A program made the position numbers and the translations under genes. The notes under the pieces are model-generated. The model was given only the letters and a program-made list of their open reading frames with translations, was not told where the DNA came from and ran no database searches. From NCBI GenBank assembly GCA_031385045.1, contig JANNBC010000052.1, positions 32,001-96,000 on the forward strand: a stretch of 64,000 nt of DNA, in the 5' to 3' direction. Positions 19,999 to 32,424 of this stretch are shown one piece after another; the stretch's first letter is position 1; each line of letters begins with the position of its first letter. The DNA comes from a bacterium. Lineage in GTDB: Bacteria > Bdellovibrionota_C > UBA2361 > CALJRW01.

Positions 19999-21456
19999 AT
20001 GCCAAAAGACTATTTTAAAATTGAGAATTGTTCTGCGCTAAGTGACTTAGCTAGCGGAGCAAAGATTCATCTAATCGGAATCTGTGGCGTAGCCATGGGT
20101 CAACTAGCTGTGGCACTTGCCAAGCAGGGCTACCAGGTTAGTGGAAGTGACCAAGCCTTTTATGAGCCAATGGGTTCATTTCTAAAATCTCATAACCTAG
20201 AACTTTTTACAGGATATCAAGAGTCCAATATTCATACTGATTATGACTTAGTAGTAATTGGCAATGCCATCAGCTATGGACATCCTGAAGTTTCCGAAGT
20301 GGAAAGGCTAGAGCTTTCGTATACCTGTTTTCCAAAACTACTTGCAGAATTAGTTATTGCAGGAAGAACATCAATCGTTGTAACAGGAACGCATGGCAAA
20401 ACAACAACTTCCGCCTTAATTGCCCAATCGTTAAGAGAACTTCATCCAGCTTCCTCCTATTTCATCGGTGGGGTTGTAAAAAGTCTACCACTAAGTTTAG
20501 AAGCAGAGAAAGGACAATTCTCCGTAGTGGAAGGGGATGAATATGACAGTGCCTTTTTTGCTAAGGTTCCTAAGTTCTCATTTTATCCAGCAGACATTTG
20601 TATTATTAATGCCGTGGAGTTTGATCATGCAGATATTTATGACTCCTTAGAAATAATCAATCAAGAGTTTACTAAACTTGTAACAAACCTAAAACCATCG
20701 GCGACCCTAATTGCTTGCCTTGATTTTCCAAATCTTAAGGACTTAATTAAAGTTTGGAAGCAAAGTTCTCCGGCTAAGATCATCACCTTTGGTGAAGACT
20801 TAGAAGCAGACTGTTGTATTACTAAAGTTAGTTATCTTAATCAGAAGCAAATAGTTAATTTTAAATTTCAAAATGAGATCTTTGAAATTACAACTAATCT
20901 TGTAGGAAGTTACAATGCGAGAAATGCTGTCGTCTCAGCGCTGGCTTTAAAATTAGCCAACTTTTCCTGGGAAGAGATTAAATTAGCTCTTGCTACCGCC
21001 GAAGCACCAAAGCGTCGGCAGGAAAAACTCTTAGAAAAAGGCGAGCAATTATTTATTGAAGACTTTGCCCATCATCCAACGGCAGTAAAACAAACCCTTA
21101 AAAGCTATCGTGAGATTTATCCCACAAAACCGCTTTGGGCAATTTTTGAACCGGCTTCAAATACTAGTCGTAGAAAAATCATGGAAGATGATTATCTAAA
21201 AGCTCTGGGGGTTGCCGATTCAATTATCATTATGGAACCAAAAACTAAAGGAAATTTGTCTTCCGAGGAACTTTTATCCACAAAGGATCTTTGTTCAAAC
21301 CTAGAGGCTTTAGGCAAACGCGCCAAAGCTTTTTCTACAGCAGAAGAAATTCTTAATGATCTAAATAAAAATCTTCCAGTTAATGGACTAGTAATTTTGA
21401 TGTCTAATAGTAGTTTTGGAGGCTTACGAGAACTATTAAGTAAGTCGTGGAATTGA
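19999..21456 (+). CDS. mpl: Murein tripeptide ligase
   Basis: IHLIGICGVAMG, GTHGKTTTS, VEGDEYDSAFF, EFDHADIY, EDFAHHPTA and FEP.SNT. Confidence 0.92.
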   Translation: MPKDYFKIENCSALSDLASGAKIHLIGICGVAMGQLAVALAKQGYQVSGSDQAFYEPMGSFLKSHNLELFTGYQESNIHTDYDLVVIGNAISYGHPEVSEVERLELSYTCFPKLLAELVIAGRTSIVVTGTHGKTTTSALIAQSLRELHPASSYFIGGVVKSLPLSLEAEKGQFSVVEGDEYDSAFFAKVPKFSFYPADICIINAVEFDHADIYDSLEIINQEFTKLVTNLKPSATLIACLDFPNLKDLIKVWKQSSPAKIITFGEDLEADCCITKVSYLNQKQIVNFKFQNEIFEITTNLVGSYNARNAVVSALALKLANFSWEEIKLALATAEAPKRRQEKLLEKGEQLFIEDFAHHPTAVKQTLKSYREIYPTKPLWAIFEPASNTSRRKIMEDDYLKALGVADSIIIMEPKTKGNLSSEELLSTKDLCSNLEALGKRAKAFSTAEEILNDLNKNLPVNGLVILMSNSSFGGLRELLSKSWN

Positions 21457-21508
21457 ATGACTTGAACTACGAGAAAGTAAGGGTACTCAAGGAAAAAGAG
21501 AGGGAAGC

Positions 21509-21540
21509 TTCTTTGGCTGAGCTAGAGCTCAGCCAAAGAA
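21509..21540. terminator. Hairpin between convergent mpl and atpE; probable intrinsic terminator
   Basis: TTCTTTGGCTGAGC-TAGA-GCTCAGCCAAAGAA perfect inverted repeat. Confidence 0.75.
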
Positions 21541-21552
21541 AGAGTGTAGTTA

Positions 21553-21846
21553 TTACTTAAGACCTAAAGCAATTACTAGACCGAAAATTGCCACACCTTC
21601 GATTAATACGAAACCTAAGATGTATGGTAAGAAAAGCTTACCTGCAGCAGATGGGTTACGGCTGATTGCTTCCAAAGCAGCGTTACCAACTTTACCAATA
21701 CCAAATCCTGCACCAATAACAGCTAAACCTACACCAATACCAGCTCCCAGAGGTGCTAGAGAAGCAACGGCTCCATCAGCAGCCCAAGCGGCATTAGAAA
21801 AAAGTAAAGCGGCTAAAACTACAAGATAGTTTGCTATCTTTTTCAT
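21553..21846 (-). CDS. atpE: ATP synthase F0 subunit c with N-terminal extension
   Basis: GAGFGIG motif, loop SRNP and the essential Glu in LIEGVAIF. GGAG RBS favours ATG 21846. Confidence 0.95.
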   Translation of the reverse strand: MKKIANYLVVLAALLFSNAAWAADGAVASLAPLGAGIGVGLAVIGAGFGIGKVGNAALEAISRNPSAAGKLFLPYILGFVLIEGVAIFGLVIALGLK

Positions 21847-22013
21847 TTTTTTCTCCATTCAATATAAACCCACTGGCATTCATTTTTGACAAAAAATAAA
21901 TGCCAGTGGGCGAGCAAAATAATGGTTTTTCCATTTTTTGCCGTAAAAAATAATACCAAGCCCTCCCTAATTATATTTGATATTTTCAAAAATAATATGC
22001 GGAGGATTTATAA

Positions 22014-22766
22014 CTAATGTTCCTCTTCTTCATGCTGAGTTGCTAGAAGAATATAAACCATTGTTAAAACTGTAAATACGCCGGCCTGTAAAACAGAAAC
22101 CAGAACGCCTTTGGCAAGTAAAATTGGTCCAATTAGGACAAAGAAATTACCTGTTAACTCACCAATAGTACTAATGATTAAATGATCCGCTGTGATGTTC
22201 CAGTACATTCGTAGGTTAAGAGTAATAACCCGTAAAATCAGACTAATGATTTCTAACACAAACAAAAACATGGCAACTGGAATCAGTGGCTTAATACCTA
22301 AAACTGCATCTCCACCTGCAAAATGCTTTAAATAATTCTTTAAACCATGCTCTTTAACACCAAAAACGTTAAAAGCAATAAAAACAGCAATAGCTAAGCC
22401 AACGTTAATCCAAACGGTTGTCGTAATAGCCGGAAATCCAGGAATTAATCCTAGAAGATTAGCCAGTAAGATAAATAAGAAAAGGCTGGCATTTAGTGAA
22501 AAATATTTCCGATTCTCTTTACCAATTACGAAATCATGAAATTTAAGGAAACTTTCAGTAAAAAGGTCAAAGACATCAAATAGACTGAATTTTTTATCCG
22601 GGATTAGGTTTTCTTTAATAAATCCGCGGTCGGAGATACGACTTGTAGCAAGCTTCCCAATGAAGAAGATAACTAATCCAAGTACTAAGCCAAAAACAAA
22701 CTTCTCAGCTTCCACGCCAATAGAACCTTCAAATAAAGACTGCGTGTATGTAAAGTGACGTTCCAT
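22014..22766 (-). CDS. atpB: ATP synthase F0 subunit a
   Basis: FILLANLLGLIPG, LEIIS..LRVITLNLRMYWNITADH and VLQAGVFTVLTMVY. Confidence 0.95.
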   Translation of the reverse strand: MERHFTYTQSLFEGSIGVEAEKFVFGLVLGLVIFFIGKLATSRISDRGFIKENLIPDKKFSLFDVFDLFTESFLKFHDFVIGKENRKYFSLNASLFLFILLANLLGLIPGFPAITTTVWINVGLAIAVFIAFNVFGVKEHGLKNYLKHFAGGDAVLGIKPLIPVAMFLFVLEIISLILRVITLNLRMYWNITADHLIISTIGELTGNFFVLIGPILLAKGVLVSVLQAGVFTVLTMVYILLATQHEEEEH

Positions 22767-23621
22767 ATTGAGTTTGAGTAGGGGCTAAAAGTAACTCTTT
22801 TAGCAATTAATTGTATTCGCTAAATCGCCACAAGTTTTATAAAAATTTGCTAATAATTGCAAGCTTCGATGATTGCCTAAATTTTAGCTTAACCCAGTAA
22901 CTCTTCTTACTTTAAGAGAGTTAAAGATAAATTTTGGAACACAAAAAAGCAGTAAAAGCCTAGCTCTTACAACAAAACAGTGGGACGTTCCATCTTCCAG
23001 AAAATAGTAAGACCAATCAATGATTAAGAAAGGCTAGAGTAATCAAAAAGCTGTCAAATAATTTCTTTTTAAAAACTAATTTTCTTTTCTTTTGGTAATA
23101 AATTTCTTTTAAAAACATGAATTTCTTTTAAAAAGTTTTTACTTACTACAAGTGAAAAAAACCAAGCATGAAATTAAGCACTTATAAATTTGATCGTACC
23201 TGGCTAGCAGATCTAATTTAAAATTTGATTTTAATTACTTAAATGAATTTTTTATAAACTACTAATTTTGCTTTCAATTAAAAAAAATAACTTTTTTACT
23301 TTTGATTTACCTTGATTGATCAGGAAGAGATCAACTACATTGCATTCTGGATTTGGTTTTTAGTTCACACTTTCTTAGAAATTATTTTAGAAATACCAAC
23401 AAAGTTTTTCTGAAATTACTATAAAAATGCTGGACAGGTTTTTACAATCGCTCAATAAATAAAAAAGTTGAGCCGATTTCAATGAAGTAGCTTCCTAACA
23501 GATAGGACAATTTCGCTAGGGTTTCAGATTAAGGTTTTTCCTAAACATTCTTTCATCATTTGATGCTTTCAAATAAAGAGTTTAGCTCTTTAGGAAAATT
23601 TTTGTCTTTAAAAATATTTTA

Positions 23622-25031
23622 ATGACCCTTACCCTGGAAAATAACAGCAATTTACTTGAAACAACATGGCAACAATCAATCCAACAAATACAAAAAGAAA
23701 TAGACCCCGAAGTATTTGCTGCCTTTCTTAATCCAGTACGCTTTGTAACAGCGAGTCCGGAAGAACAATCAATTACGATTTCAGCTCCTTCTGAACTAAT
23801 TAAAAGTCACTTAGAAAATAAATTTTCAGATCGGATTAAAAGTTATTTTAGTCAAAAATTAGGAAGTTCTGAATATCGTTTAATTTATCAAATTCAAGAC
23901 TCATCTAATACTTACACTAGCTTAGCTCCAAATATTCAGAAGAAAGTCGCGCCAACTAACTTTGTTGCTGAACCAGAGCTAGACACTAAGGGTAACTCTT
24001 TTAAAACGAATTTAAACCCTGAGTATACTTTTGAAAATTTTGTTGTTGGACAATACAACGAATTTGCTTATGGCTTAGCCAAGCAGTTAGCAAACTCTAA
24101 ACAAAGTGAGTCTTGCTCTGCTAGCCCATTATTTTTTCATGGTGGTGTAGGTCTAGGCAAGACTCATTTGATGCAAGCTATTGGCCACCAGTTTTTACGT
24201 CAAAACCCTGAGGCTCGAGTTTATTATACTTCTTCCGAAAACTTCACCAATAAATTAATTGGTTCAATTAGGACTGGTCAAGTTGATAAGTTTAAAAAGC
24301 AGATTCGTTCCATTGATTTGCTATTAATTGATGATTTTCAGTTTCTAGCCAAGAAGCAACATACACAAGAAGAGTTCTTTCATACTTTTAACTCACTTCA
24401 TGAAAGAGGAAGTAAAATTGTAATCGTTGCCGATAAATTACCACAAGAGCTTTCTGATCTTGATGAAAAGTTAAAGAGTCGTCTTTCTTGGGGAGTAACT
24501 GTTGATTTTCAAAACCCTGATCAAGCAACAAGACTTGCGATTGTTAAATCTAAAGCAAAACAGAAGAAAATCTTTTTAGATCGTGGAGTTGCTGAACTGA
24601 TTGCTGAAAGAGTTACTAATAATATCCGAGAGTTAGAAGGTGCAATTAATCGGATTACGGCTTTAGCTAGCCTGCGTCGTGAAACTATTAATATTAACTT
24701 GGCACAACAAAGCTTAGACTCTTTTGTTAAGCCAAAAAAGTTAGAGGTTAGTTTTCGTGAAATAAAATCTGTTGTGGCTAATTACTTTGAGTTAAAGGTT
24801 GGCGATTTAGAATCAAAACGAAGATTACAAAGAATCTCATTTGCCAGGCAAATTGCTGTTTATTTAATACGAAAACACACGAGCATTCCGTATTTAGAGA
24901 TTGGTCTTTACTTTGGTGGTCGTGATCATTCTAGTATTATTTATGCCTCACAGAAGATTGAAAAAGAATTATTAACCTCTGCAAAGGTTAAATTAGTTAT
25001 TTCTGAAATCGAGAATAAAATTTTATCCTAG
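23622..25031 (+). CDS. dnaA: Chromosomal replication initiator DnaA
   Basis: LNPEYTFENFVVG, GGVGLGKTHL, LLIDDFQFL, TQEEFFHTFN, NIRELEGA and FGGRDH. Confidence 0.97.
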   Translation: MTLTLENNSNLLETTWQQSIQQIQKEIDPEVFAAFLNPVRFVTASPEEQSITISAPSELIKSHLENKFSDRIKSYFSQKLGSSEYRLIYQIQDSSNTYTSLAPNIQKKVAPTNFVAEPELDTKGNSFKTNLNPEYTFENFVVGQYNEFAYGLAKQLANSKQSESCSASPLFFHGGVGLGKTHLMQAIGHQFLRQNPEARVYYTSSENFTNKLIGSIRTGQVDKFKKQIRSIDLLLIDDFQFLAKKQHTQEEFFHTFNSLHERGSKIVIVADKLPQELSDLDEKLKSRLSWGVTVDFQNPDQATRLAIVKSKAKQKKIFLDRGVAELIAERVTNNIRELEGAINRITALASLRRETININLAQQSLDSFVKPKKLEVSFREIKSVVANYFELKVGDLESKRRLQRISFARQIAVYLIRKHTSIPYLEIGLYFGGRDHSSIIYASQKIEKELLTSAKVKLVISEIENKILS

Positions 25032-25355
25032 TTTTTCTAAAAATTTATCTAAGGTCATTTTAAATAAGACTCTGAATTTACTAAAAAATAGATTGATACC
25101 TATCTTTTCTGTGGAAAACTTGTGGAAAGCCTGTATGATAAATGATGAGAAACTCTCCCGATTCTAAGTAATCTTTTACTTTTTCCTAAATAACTAATAA
25201 TTTTGTGGAAAAGAAAGTTTTTATTTACTTTTTATTAACAAGATTTATTATAAAAATATAAGTTAATTCCAGAAGTTAAGTTGTTTTTCAACTAAAACCC
25301 TAGTGCTTATTATTATTATTATCTTTATATATAAATATATTATAAGAAAAGACTT
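25032..25355. promoter_or_regulatory. Probable oriC (dnaA-dnaN intergenic region)
   Basis: DnaA-box-like TGTGGAAAA (25110, 25204), TGTGGAAAG (25121) and TTATTAACA (25232). A DnaA-trio-like (TTA)n run at 25307-25321 is followed by an AT-rich tract. The top strand looks A/C-rich to the left and G/T-rich to the right. Confidence 0.75.
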
Positions 25356-26462
25356 ATGAAATTAAAAATAGATTCTAAAGAACTTCAATCAATCCTTTCA
25401 GGTTGTGCCAATATTGTTGATCGCAAAGCGACAATGCCAATCTTAGCTAACATCTTAATCAGTGCTAAGGCTAATCAACTAACCTTATCAGCCACTGACT
25501 TAGAAGTAACAGCCATGGTATCTGGAGATGCACAAATTCAAGAGCAGGGTTCAATTACTGTAAATGCGAAAATTTTAACTGATATTATTCGTGAACTACC
25601 AGAAGGCTCTGTTTCTTTAGAACTTAAAGAAGGCAGTCGCTTAGAAATTTTAGCAGGTGGCTCTAAAATGAAAATTGTTGGTTTTAGTGCTGATGAATAT
25701 CCAACACTTCCGGGTATGGGAATAAATGCTAGTAGTAAAGTAAGTGCTACTAAATTTTTAGATATGATCAACAAAACTCTCTATGCTGTCTCTGACGATG
25801 AAACGAGCTTCAATTTAACGGGCGTATTCCTATGCTCAGTCGATAAACAATTGCGAATGGTAGCTACAGATGGACACCGAATTGCTGTCGTTAACAGGGA
25901 CGTAGAGGGGATTAAATTAGGGGAAGGTGTAATTATCCCCAAAAAAGGTTTATCTGAAATTAAAAAATATTTGCATGACTTAGCAGATGCTGAAGTTGGT
26001 TTAGCAATTAAAGATGGATTTTTAATTTTAAATTCTAATAATGCTAAATTTTCCGTTCGTTTAATTGATGCCGATTATCCTGATTATCAACAAGTTGTTC
26101 CTAAGTCTTCGGAATCAGAAGCAACTGTTCCATGTCAGGAGTTAAGTAGAGCACTTCGTCGAGTATCCTTACTTTCTGTTGATCGCATGAAAGGTGTAAA
26201 ACTTAAATTTACTAAAAATAAATTAGAGATTAAAAGTTCTTCACCTGAGCTTGGAGAAGCTTTAGAGGAATTAACAATCCAATATAGTGGGGATACAGTA
26301 GAAGTTGGTTTTAATGCCAATTACATCCAAGATATTATTACATCTCTTAGTGATTATGAAAATTTGAATATCTATCTCAATGGTTCATTAGGACCAGGTA
26401 AGTTCATGGCTGATTCTGATCCTGATTGTTATTCAGTAGTTATGCCAATGCGGATAGCCTAG
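25356..26462 (+). CDS. dnaN: DNA polymerase III beta clamp
   Basis: ATMPILANI, SATDLE, VATDGHR, YPDYQQVVP, GFNANYI and VVMPMR. Confidence 0.97.
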   Translation: MKLKIDSKELQSILSGCANIVDRKATMPILANILISAKANQLTLSATDLEVTAMVSGDAQIQEQGSITVNAKILTDIIRELPEGSVSLELKEGSRLEILAGGSKMKIVGFSADEYPTLPGMGINASSKVSATKFLDMINKTLYAVSDDETSFNLTGVFLCSVDKQLRMVATDGHRIAVVNRDVEGIKLGEGVIIPKKGLSEIKKYLHDLADAEVGLAIKDGFLILNSNNAKFSVRLIDADYPDYQQVVPKSSESEATVPCQELSRALRRVSLLSVDRMKGVKLKFTKNKLEIKSSSPELGEALEELTIQYSGDTVEVGFNANYIQDIITSLSDYENLNIYLNGSLGPGKFMADSDPDCYSVVMPMRIA

Positions 26463-26467
26463 GCTAA

Positions 26468-27562
26468 ATGATCATTGAAAATCTTTACTTAGCTGGGTTT
26501 AGAAATCTAGAAGAACAGGAAGTTCAATTTAGTCCTGAGGTAAATTTATTAATTGGTAATAATGCCCAAGGTAAAACTAGTTTTCTAGAAGCACTTTATT
26601 TTTTGGCTAATTGTAAATCTTTTCGTACTGCTAAGAATAAAGATCTAATTAGTTGGAATGGACCAGGGGCATTCTTAAAGGTTGAGCTAAAAGATCGCCT
26701 TGTTAAACAAGAAATTGAAATCAATTTAACTAGTAATTCTCGTAAGATTCTAGTTAATCAAAAAAAAATCAGTAATCTTGTTGATTATTTAGGAGTATTA
26801 AGAGTTATTTGTTTTGCACCTGAGAACCTTTCTTTGGTTAAAGGTAGTCCAGCGCTTCGCCGAGAATTCTTAGACCGCCATTTAGTAGATATCAATCCTA
26901 GGTTCCTAAATTATTTAGTAAAATATAATAAAGCTCTTAAAAATAAAAACACATTACTTAAAAACCGTCAGGCAAATCGTTTAAATATTGAGGCTTGGAA
27001 TCAGATTTTAGCTGAACTTGCGGAACAAATAATTATTGAAAGACTCGCTTTTACCCAAAGATTAAATATTGAAGCTCAAGTTGTACACCAAAAATATGGC
27101 CCAAAGGATGGAATTTTAGAGCTAAGCTATCAAACGGCCTGTGGATTAAATGGTGATTTTAGTAAAGAAATAATTTTTCAACAGCTTAATGAAAACTTTG
27201 AAAAGGAAGTTATTTTAAAAAATAGTCTGATTGGACCACATCGTGACGATTTAGAAATTAAACTTAATCAGCAATTAGCCCGAAGCTTTGCCTCCCAGGG
27301 ACAAACTAGATCTATTGCTCTTTCACTTAAATTTGCAGTTGTTAAAATGATTGAGGAAGAATATCAGGAGTCTCCGATTATCTTACTTGATGATTTAGAT
27401 TCAGAATTAGATCAAGAAAGGTTAGTCCTTTTGTATGATTTTTTACTTAGTAAATCCCGGCAAATATTTATTTCTGGAACTTCAATCCCAGCAAGCATTG
27501 ATCAATTAGGGAAGAGCATGTCTCATTTCGAAATTCAAAACGGACTCGCTAAAGTCTTATAA
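26468..27562 (+). CDS. recF: DNA replication/repair protein RecF
   Basis: GNNAQGKT, GSPALRREFLD, GPHRDDL, ASQGQTR and LLDDLDSELD. Confidence 0.97.
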   Translation: MIIENLYLAGFRNLEEQEVQFSPEVNLLIGNNAQGKTSFLEALYFLANCKSFRTAKNKDLISWNGPGAFLKVELKDRLVKQEIEINLTSNSRKILVNQKKISNLVDYLGVLRVICFAPENLSLVKGSPALRREFLDRHLVDINPRFLNYLVKYNKALKNKNTLLKNRQANRLNIEAWNQILAELAEQIIIERLAFTQRLNIEAQVVHQKYGPKDGILELSYQTACGLNGDFSKEIIFQQLNENFEKEVILKNSLIGPHRDDLEIKLNQQLARSFASQGQTRSIALSLKFAVVKMIEEEYQESPIILLDDLDSELDQERLVLLYDFLLSKSRQIFISGTSIPASIDQLGKSMSHFEIQNGLAKVL

Positions 27563-27764
27563 ACTTTTAGCGTATTCGAACCTATGTAAAAGCAAAAAAG
27601 CAAGCCCTAATTTAGTAATTAGCAAGAAGAAAAATAGAGCAATTTATCCTTAAAAAACTAGCAATTTTGCCTTCCCCTACTTAAACAAAACGCACTAATT
27701 TAATTGCTTATTTTACCATCCAATAATATAGTAATGATTCTCTAAAAATTGCCTAAAGACTTAA

Positions 27765-30210
<2,446 letters not shown>

Positions 30211-30212
<2 letters not shown>

Positions 30213-30338
30213 TATTTTATTGATGTACGAAGTACGTCAATAAAATATTATCCGCCATAGCACCTTGGTGCGACGGCGGATTTCTGCATATCCAGATACG
30301 AGACCACGTCGAAACACTTTAGTGCTTTGACGTGGTCT
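30211..30338. repeat. Three stacked hairpins after gyrB, including a REP-like unit (30250-30281)
   Basis: AATATTTTATTGATGTAC-GAA-GTACGTCAATAAAATATT; ATCCGCCATAGCACC-TT-GGTGCGACGGCGGAT; AGACCACGTC...GACGTGGTCT. Confidence 0.75.
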
Positions 30339-30784
30339 TTGTAATTTCTAGACTCAGGCCACATCATAACATAGAATTATAGCAAGAGTTGCAAAGAATA
30401 TAATTACAATTCTTATAAATTTATAGCCTCTCTTTATTGTTCAATAAAAAATTGGCTCGCTCATAAGTTGGGGTGTCGAGTAAGAGTTTTTTAATAAGGG
30501 ATCAGCATTAAAGTCTTTGCCACTAAATCTACATTCATCTGATTCTACACAACCACTAGGTCTAAATGCATAACAATATCCATCACAGGCGAACGGCAAT
30601 CCTATAGCACAGCAGTGAGTTCGGGAATTTCTAGACTTATAGTAGTTATTGAGAGCGGTACAATTCTCAAATCCTGCTATCTTCTAATAAAAACAGTAGT
30701 TTTCCAGGAATGGAGTTGGCTATTTGACTTAACTATTTGATTTTAGTTATAATGCCCACCTTAATTTGATATCAAAATACAGAC

Positions 30785-30913
30785 ATGGCCTCTAATTCAA
30801 AAATCGTAAAAAATATCCGTAGCGCAAGAGACGCAAAAAAACTTAAGAACCGACGTAAAGAAACGGTTAAAAAGCATGAAAAAGCAGTTCGTACTGGTAA
30901 GACTATCTTATAG
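30785..30913 (+). CDS. Small highly basic protein (42 aa), absent from the ORF track
   Basis: MASNSKIVKNIRSARDAKKLKNRRKETVKKHEKAVRTGKTIL*. TTGACT and TATAAT elements lie upstream and a strong hairpin follows. Confidence 0.65.
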   Translation: MASNSKIVKNIRSARDAKKLKNRRKETVKKHEKAVRTGKTIL

Positions 30914-30931
30914 TTTGATAGGTACCGTAAA

Positions 30932-30967
30932 ATTTTAGATAAACCAATTCTCTGGTTTATCTAAAAT
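30932..30967. terminator. Bidirectional terminator-like hairpin
   Basis: ATTTTAGATAAACCA-ATTCTC-TGGTTTATCTAAAAT between the convergent small ORF and glmU. Confidence 0.7.
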
Positions 30968-30969
30968 CA

Positions 30970-32352
30970 TTAGCTCTTCCTGTAGTTTTCTTTTATTTTC
31001 AATTCCGCACGAGTCAGTCCCAAGGCCCTATCTGGGATATTTTTGGTAATTACCGAACCAGCGCCGATTAAGGCATTTGCTCCAATTTCTACTGGGGCAA
31101 CTAATGAGCTGTTACTTCCTATAAAAGCTTCCGCTCCAATTTTTGTTTGAAATTTATTTTTCCCATCATAGTTACAAGTAATTGTACCAGCACCAATATT
31201 GGCATTTTCTCCAACTAGGCAATCTCCTAAATAGGTTAAGTGAGAAGCCTTCGCCCCATTTCCTAAAATAGTTTTCTTTGTTTCTACAAAGTTTCCAACC
31301 TTAGCGTTAGAACCAATTTTACTTTCAGGTCGTAGATGAGCAAAAGGACCAATCTCACAGTGGTCGGCAATCTCCGCATTTTCTAGGCGACAAGAAATTT
31401 TAATTAAATTATCATTTCCAATTTGACAGTTTTTAATCCAAGAATTTCCCTCTATCTTTGTTCCAGAACCAATTGTTGTTTTTCCAAAAATCTGACAATT
31501 AGGACCAATCTCTGCCCCAATCTCGATATTAACTTGATAGTCGATGTAAGAGCTCTCTGGCAGAATGAAATTTACACCAGAGACGATTAGATCTTTAATC
31601 TTTCTTTGGCGTAAAACATGATTGATCTGTTTTAGATCAAAGAGATCGTTAACACCTTGGCATTCTAAAGCATCGTCGATCATTAAGCAGTCAACATTTT
31701 GACCTTCTTTAGTCGCCCTTTCAAAAATATCAGTTAAGTAATATTCCTTTTGTTTGTTATTATTTTCTAGTTCATTAATTGCCGGACTTAAGAATGCTGA
31801 GTCTACCAAGTATACTCCCGTATTAGTTTCTTTTGTCGCTCTTTGTAATGCCGTACAGTCTTTATACTCCACGATTTTTAAGGGTTTGCCTGCTTCATCC
31901 CGAATAATCCTGCCATAGTGATTATGATTATTGTTTAAGCTAAGCAAGCTAAGAGTATTACGATTTTCTAGGTGAAAGGAGATAAACTGCTTAAAAGTTT
32001 CCGTTGTAATTAGTGGCATATCCCCATAGGCAATTAGAACTTGTCCTCTAAAATTTGCCAGCTTGGGAAGAGCCATTTTAACGGCATGCCCCGTTCCTAA
32101 TTGTTCTGCTTGCTCAGCAAAATCTAAGTTTTTAAAGGAGTAATTTTTAGTATTACTTAGGACTTCTGCTTCCACTAATTCTCGATGATGTCCAGTTACA
32201 ACAAGGCAAGTCTCCGGTTTTAAGGGGGCTAAGGCAGATAAGACATGGTCAATTAATGTTGTTTGATATGTTTGGCTTAGGACCTTGGGCAAATCCTGTT
32301 TCATTCGGGTTCCTTTACCTGCCGCTAGTACAATAATTGCGATATTTTCCAT
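30970..32352 (-). CDS. glmU: Bifunctional UDP-GlcNAc pyrophosphorylase/GlcN-1-P acetyltransferase
   Basis: LAAGKGTRMK, QLGTGHAV, EYYLTD, GPFAHLRP, GNFVETK and GAGTITCNYDG. Confidence 0.98.
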   Translation of the reverse strand: MENIAIIVLAAGKGTRMKQDLPKVLSQTYQTTLIDHVLSALAPLKPETCLVVTGHHRELVEAEVLSNTKNYSFKNLDFAEQAEQLGTGHAVKMALPKLANFRGQVLIAYGDMPLITTETFKQFISFHLENRNTLSLLSLNNNHNHYGRIIRDEAGKPLKIVEYKDCTALQRATKETNTGVYLVDSAFLSPAINELENNNKQKEYYLTDIFERATKEGQNVDCLMIDDALECQGVNDLFDLKQINHVLRQRKIKDLIVSGVNFILPESSYIDYQVNIEIGAEIGPNCQIFGKTTIGSGTKIEGNSWIKNCQIGNDNLIKISCRLENAEIADHCEIGPFAHLRPESKIGSNAKVGNFVETKKTILGNGAKASHLTYLGDCLVGENANIGAGTITCNYDGKNKFQTKIGAEAFIGSNSSLVAPVEIGANALIGAGSVITKNIPDRALGLTRAELKIKENYRKS

Positions 32353-32424
32353 GTTTTAAGGGTTAAAGTTTAATAAGCTAATTAACGATAACATAAAAAA
32401 GTATTTGTGTAATTCTGTAATTAG

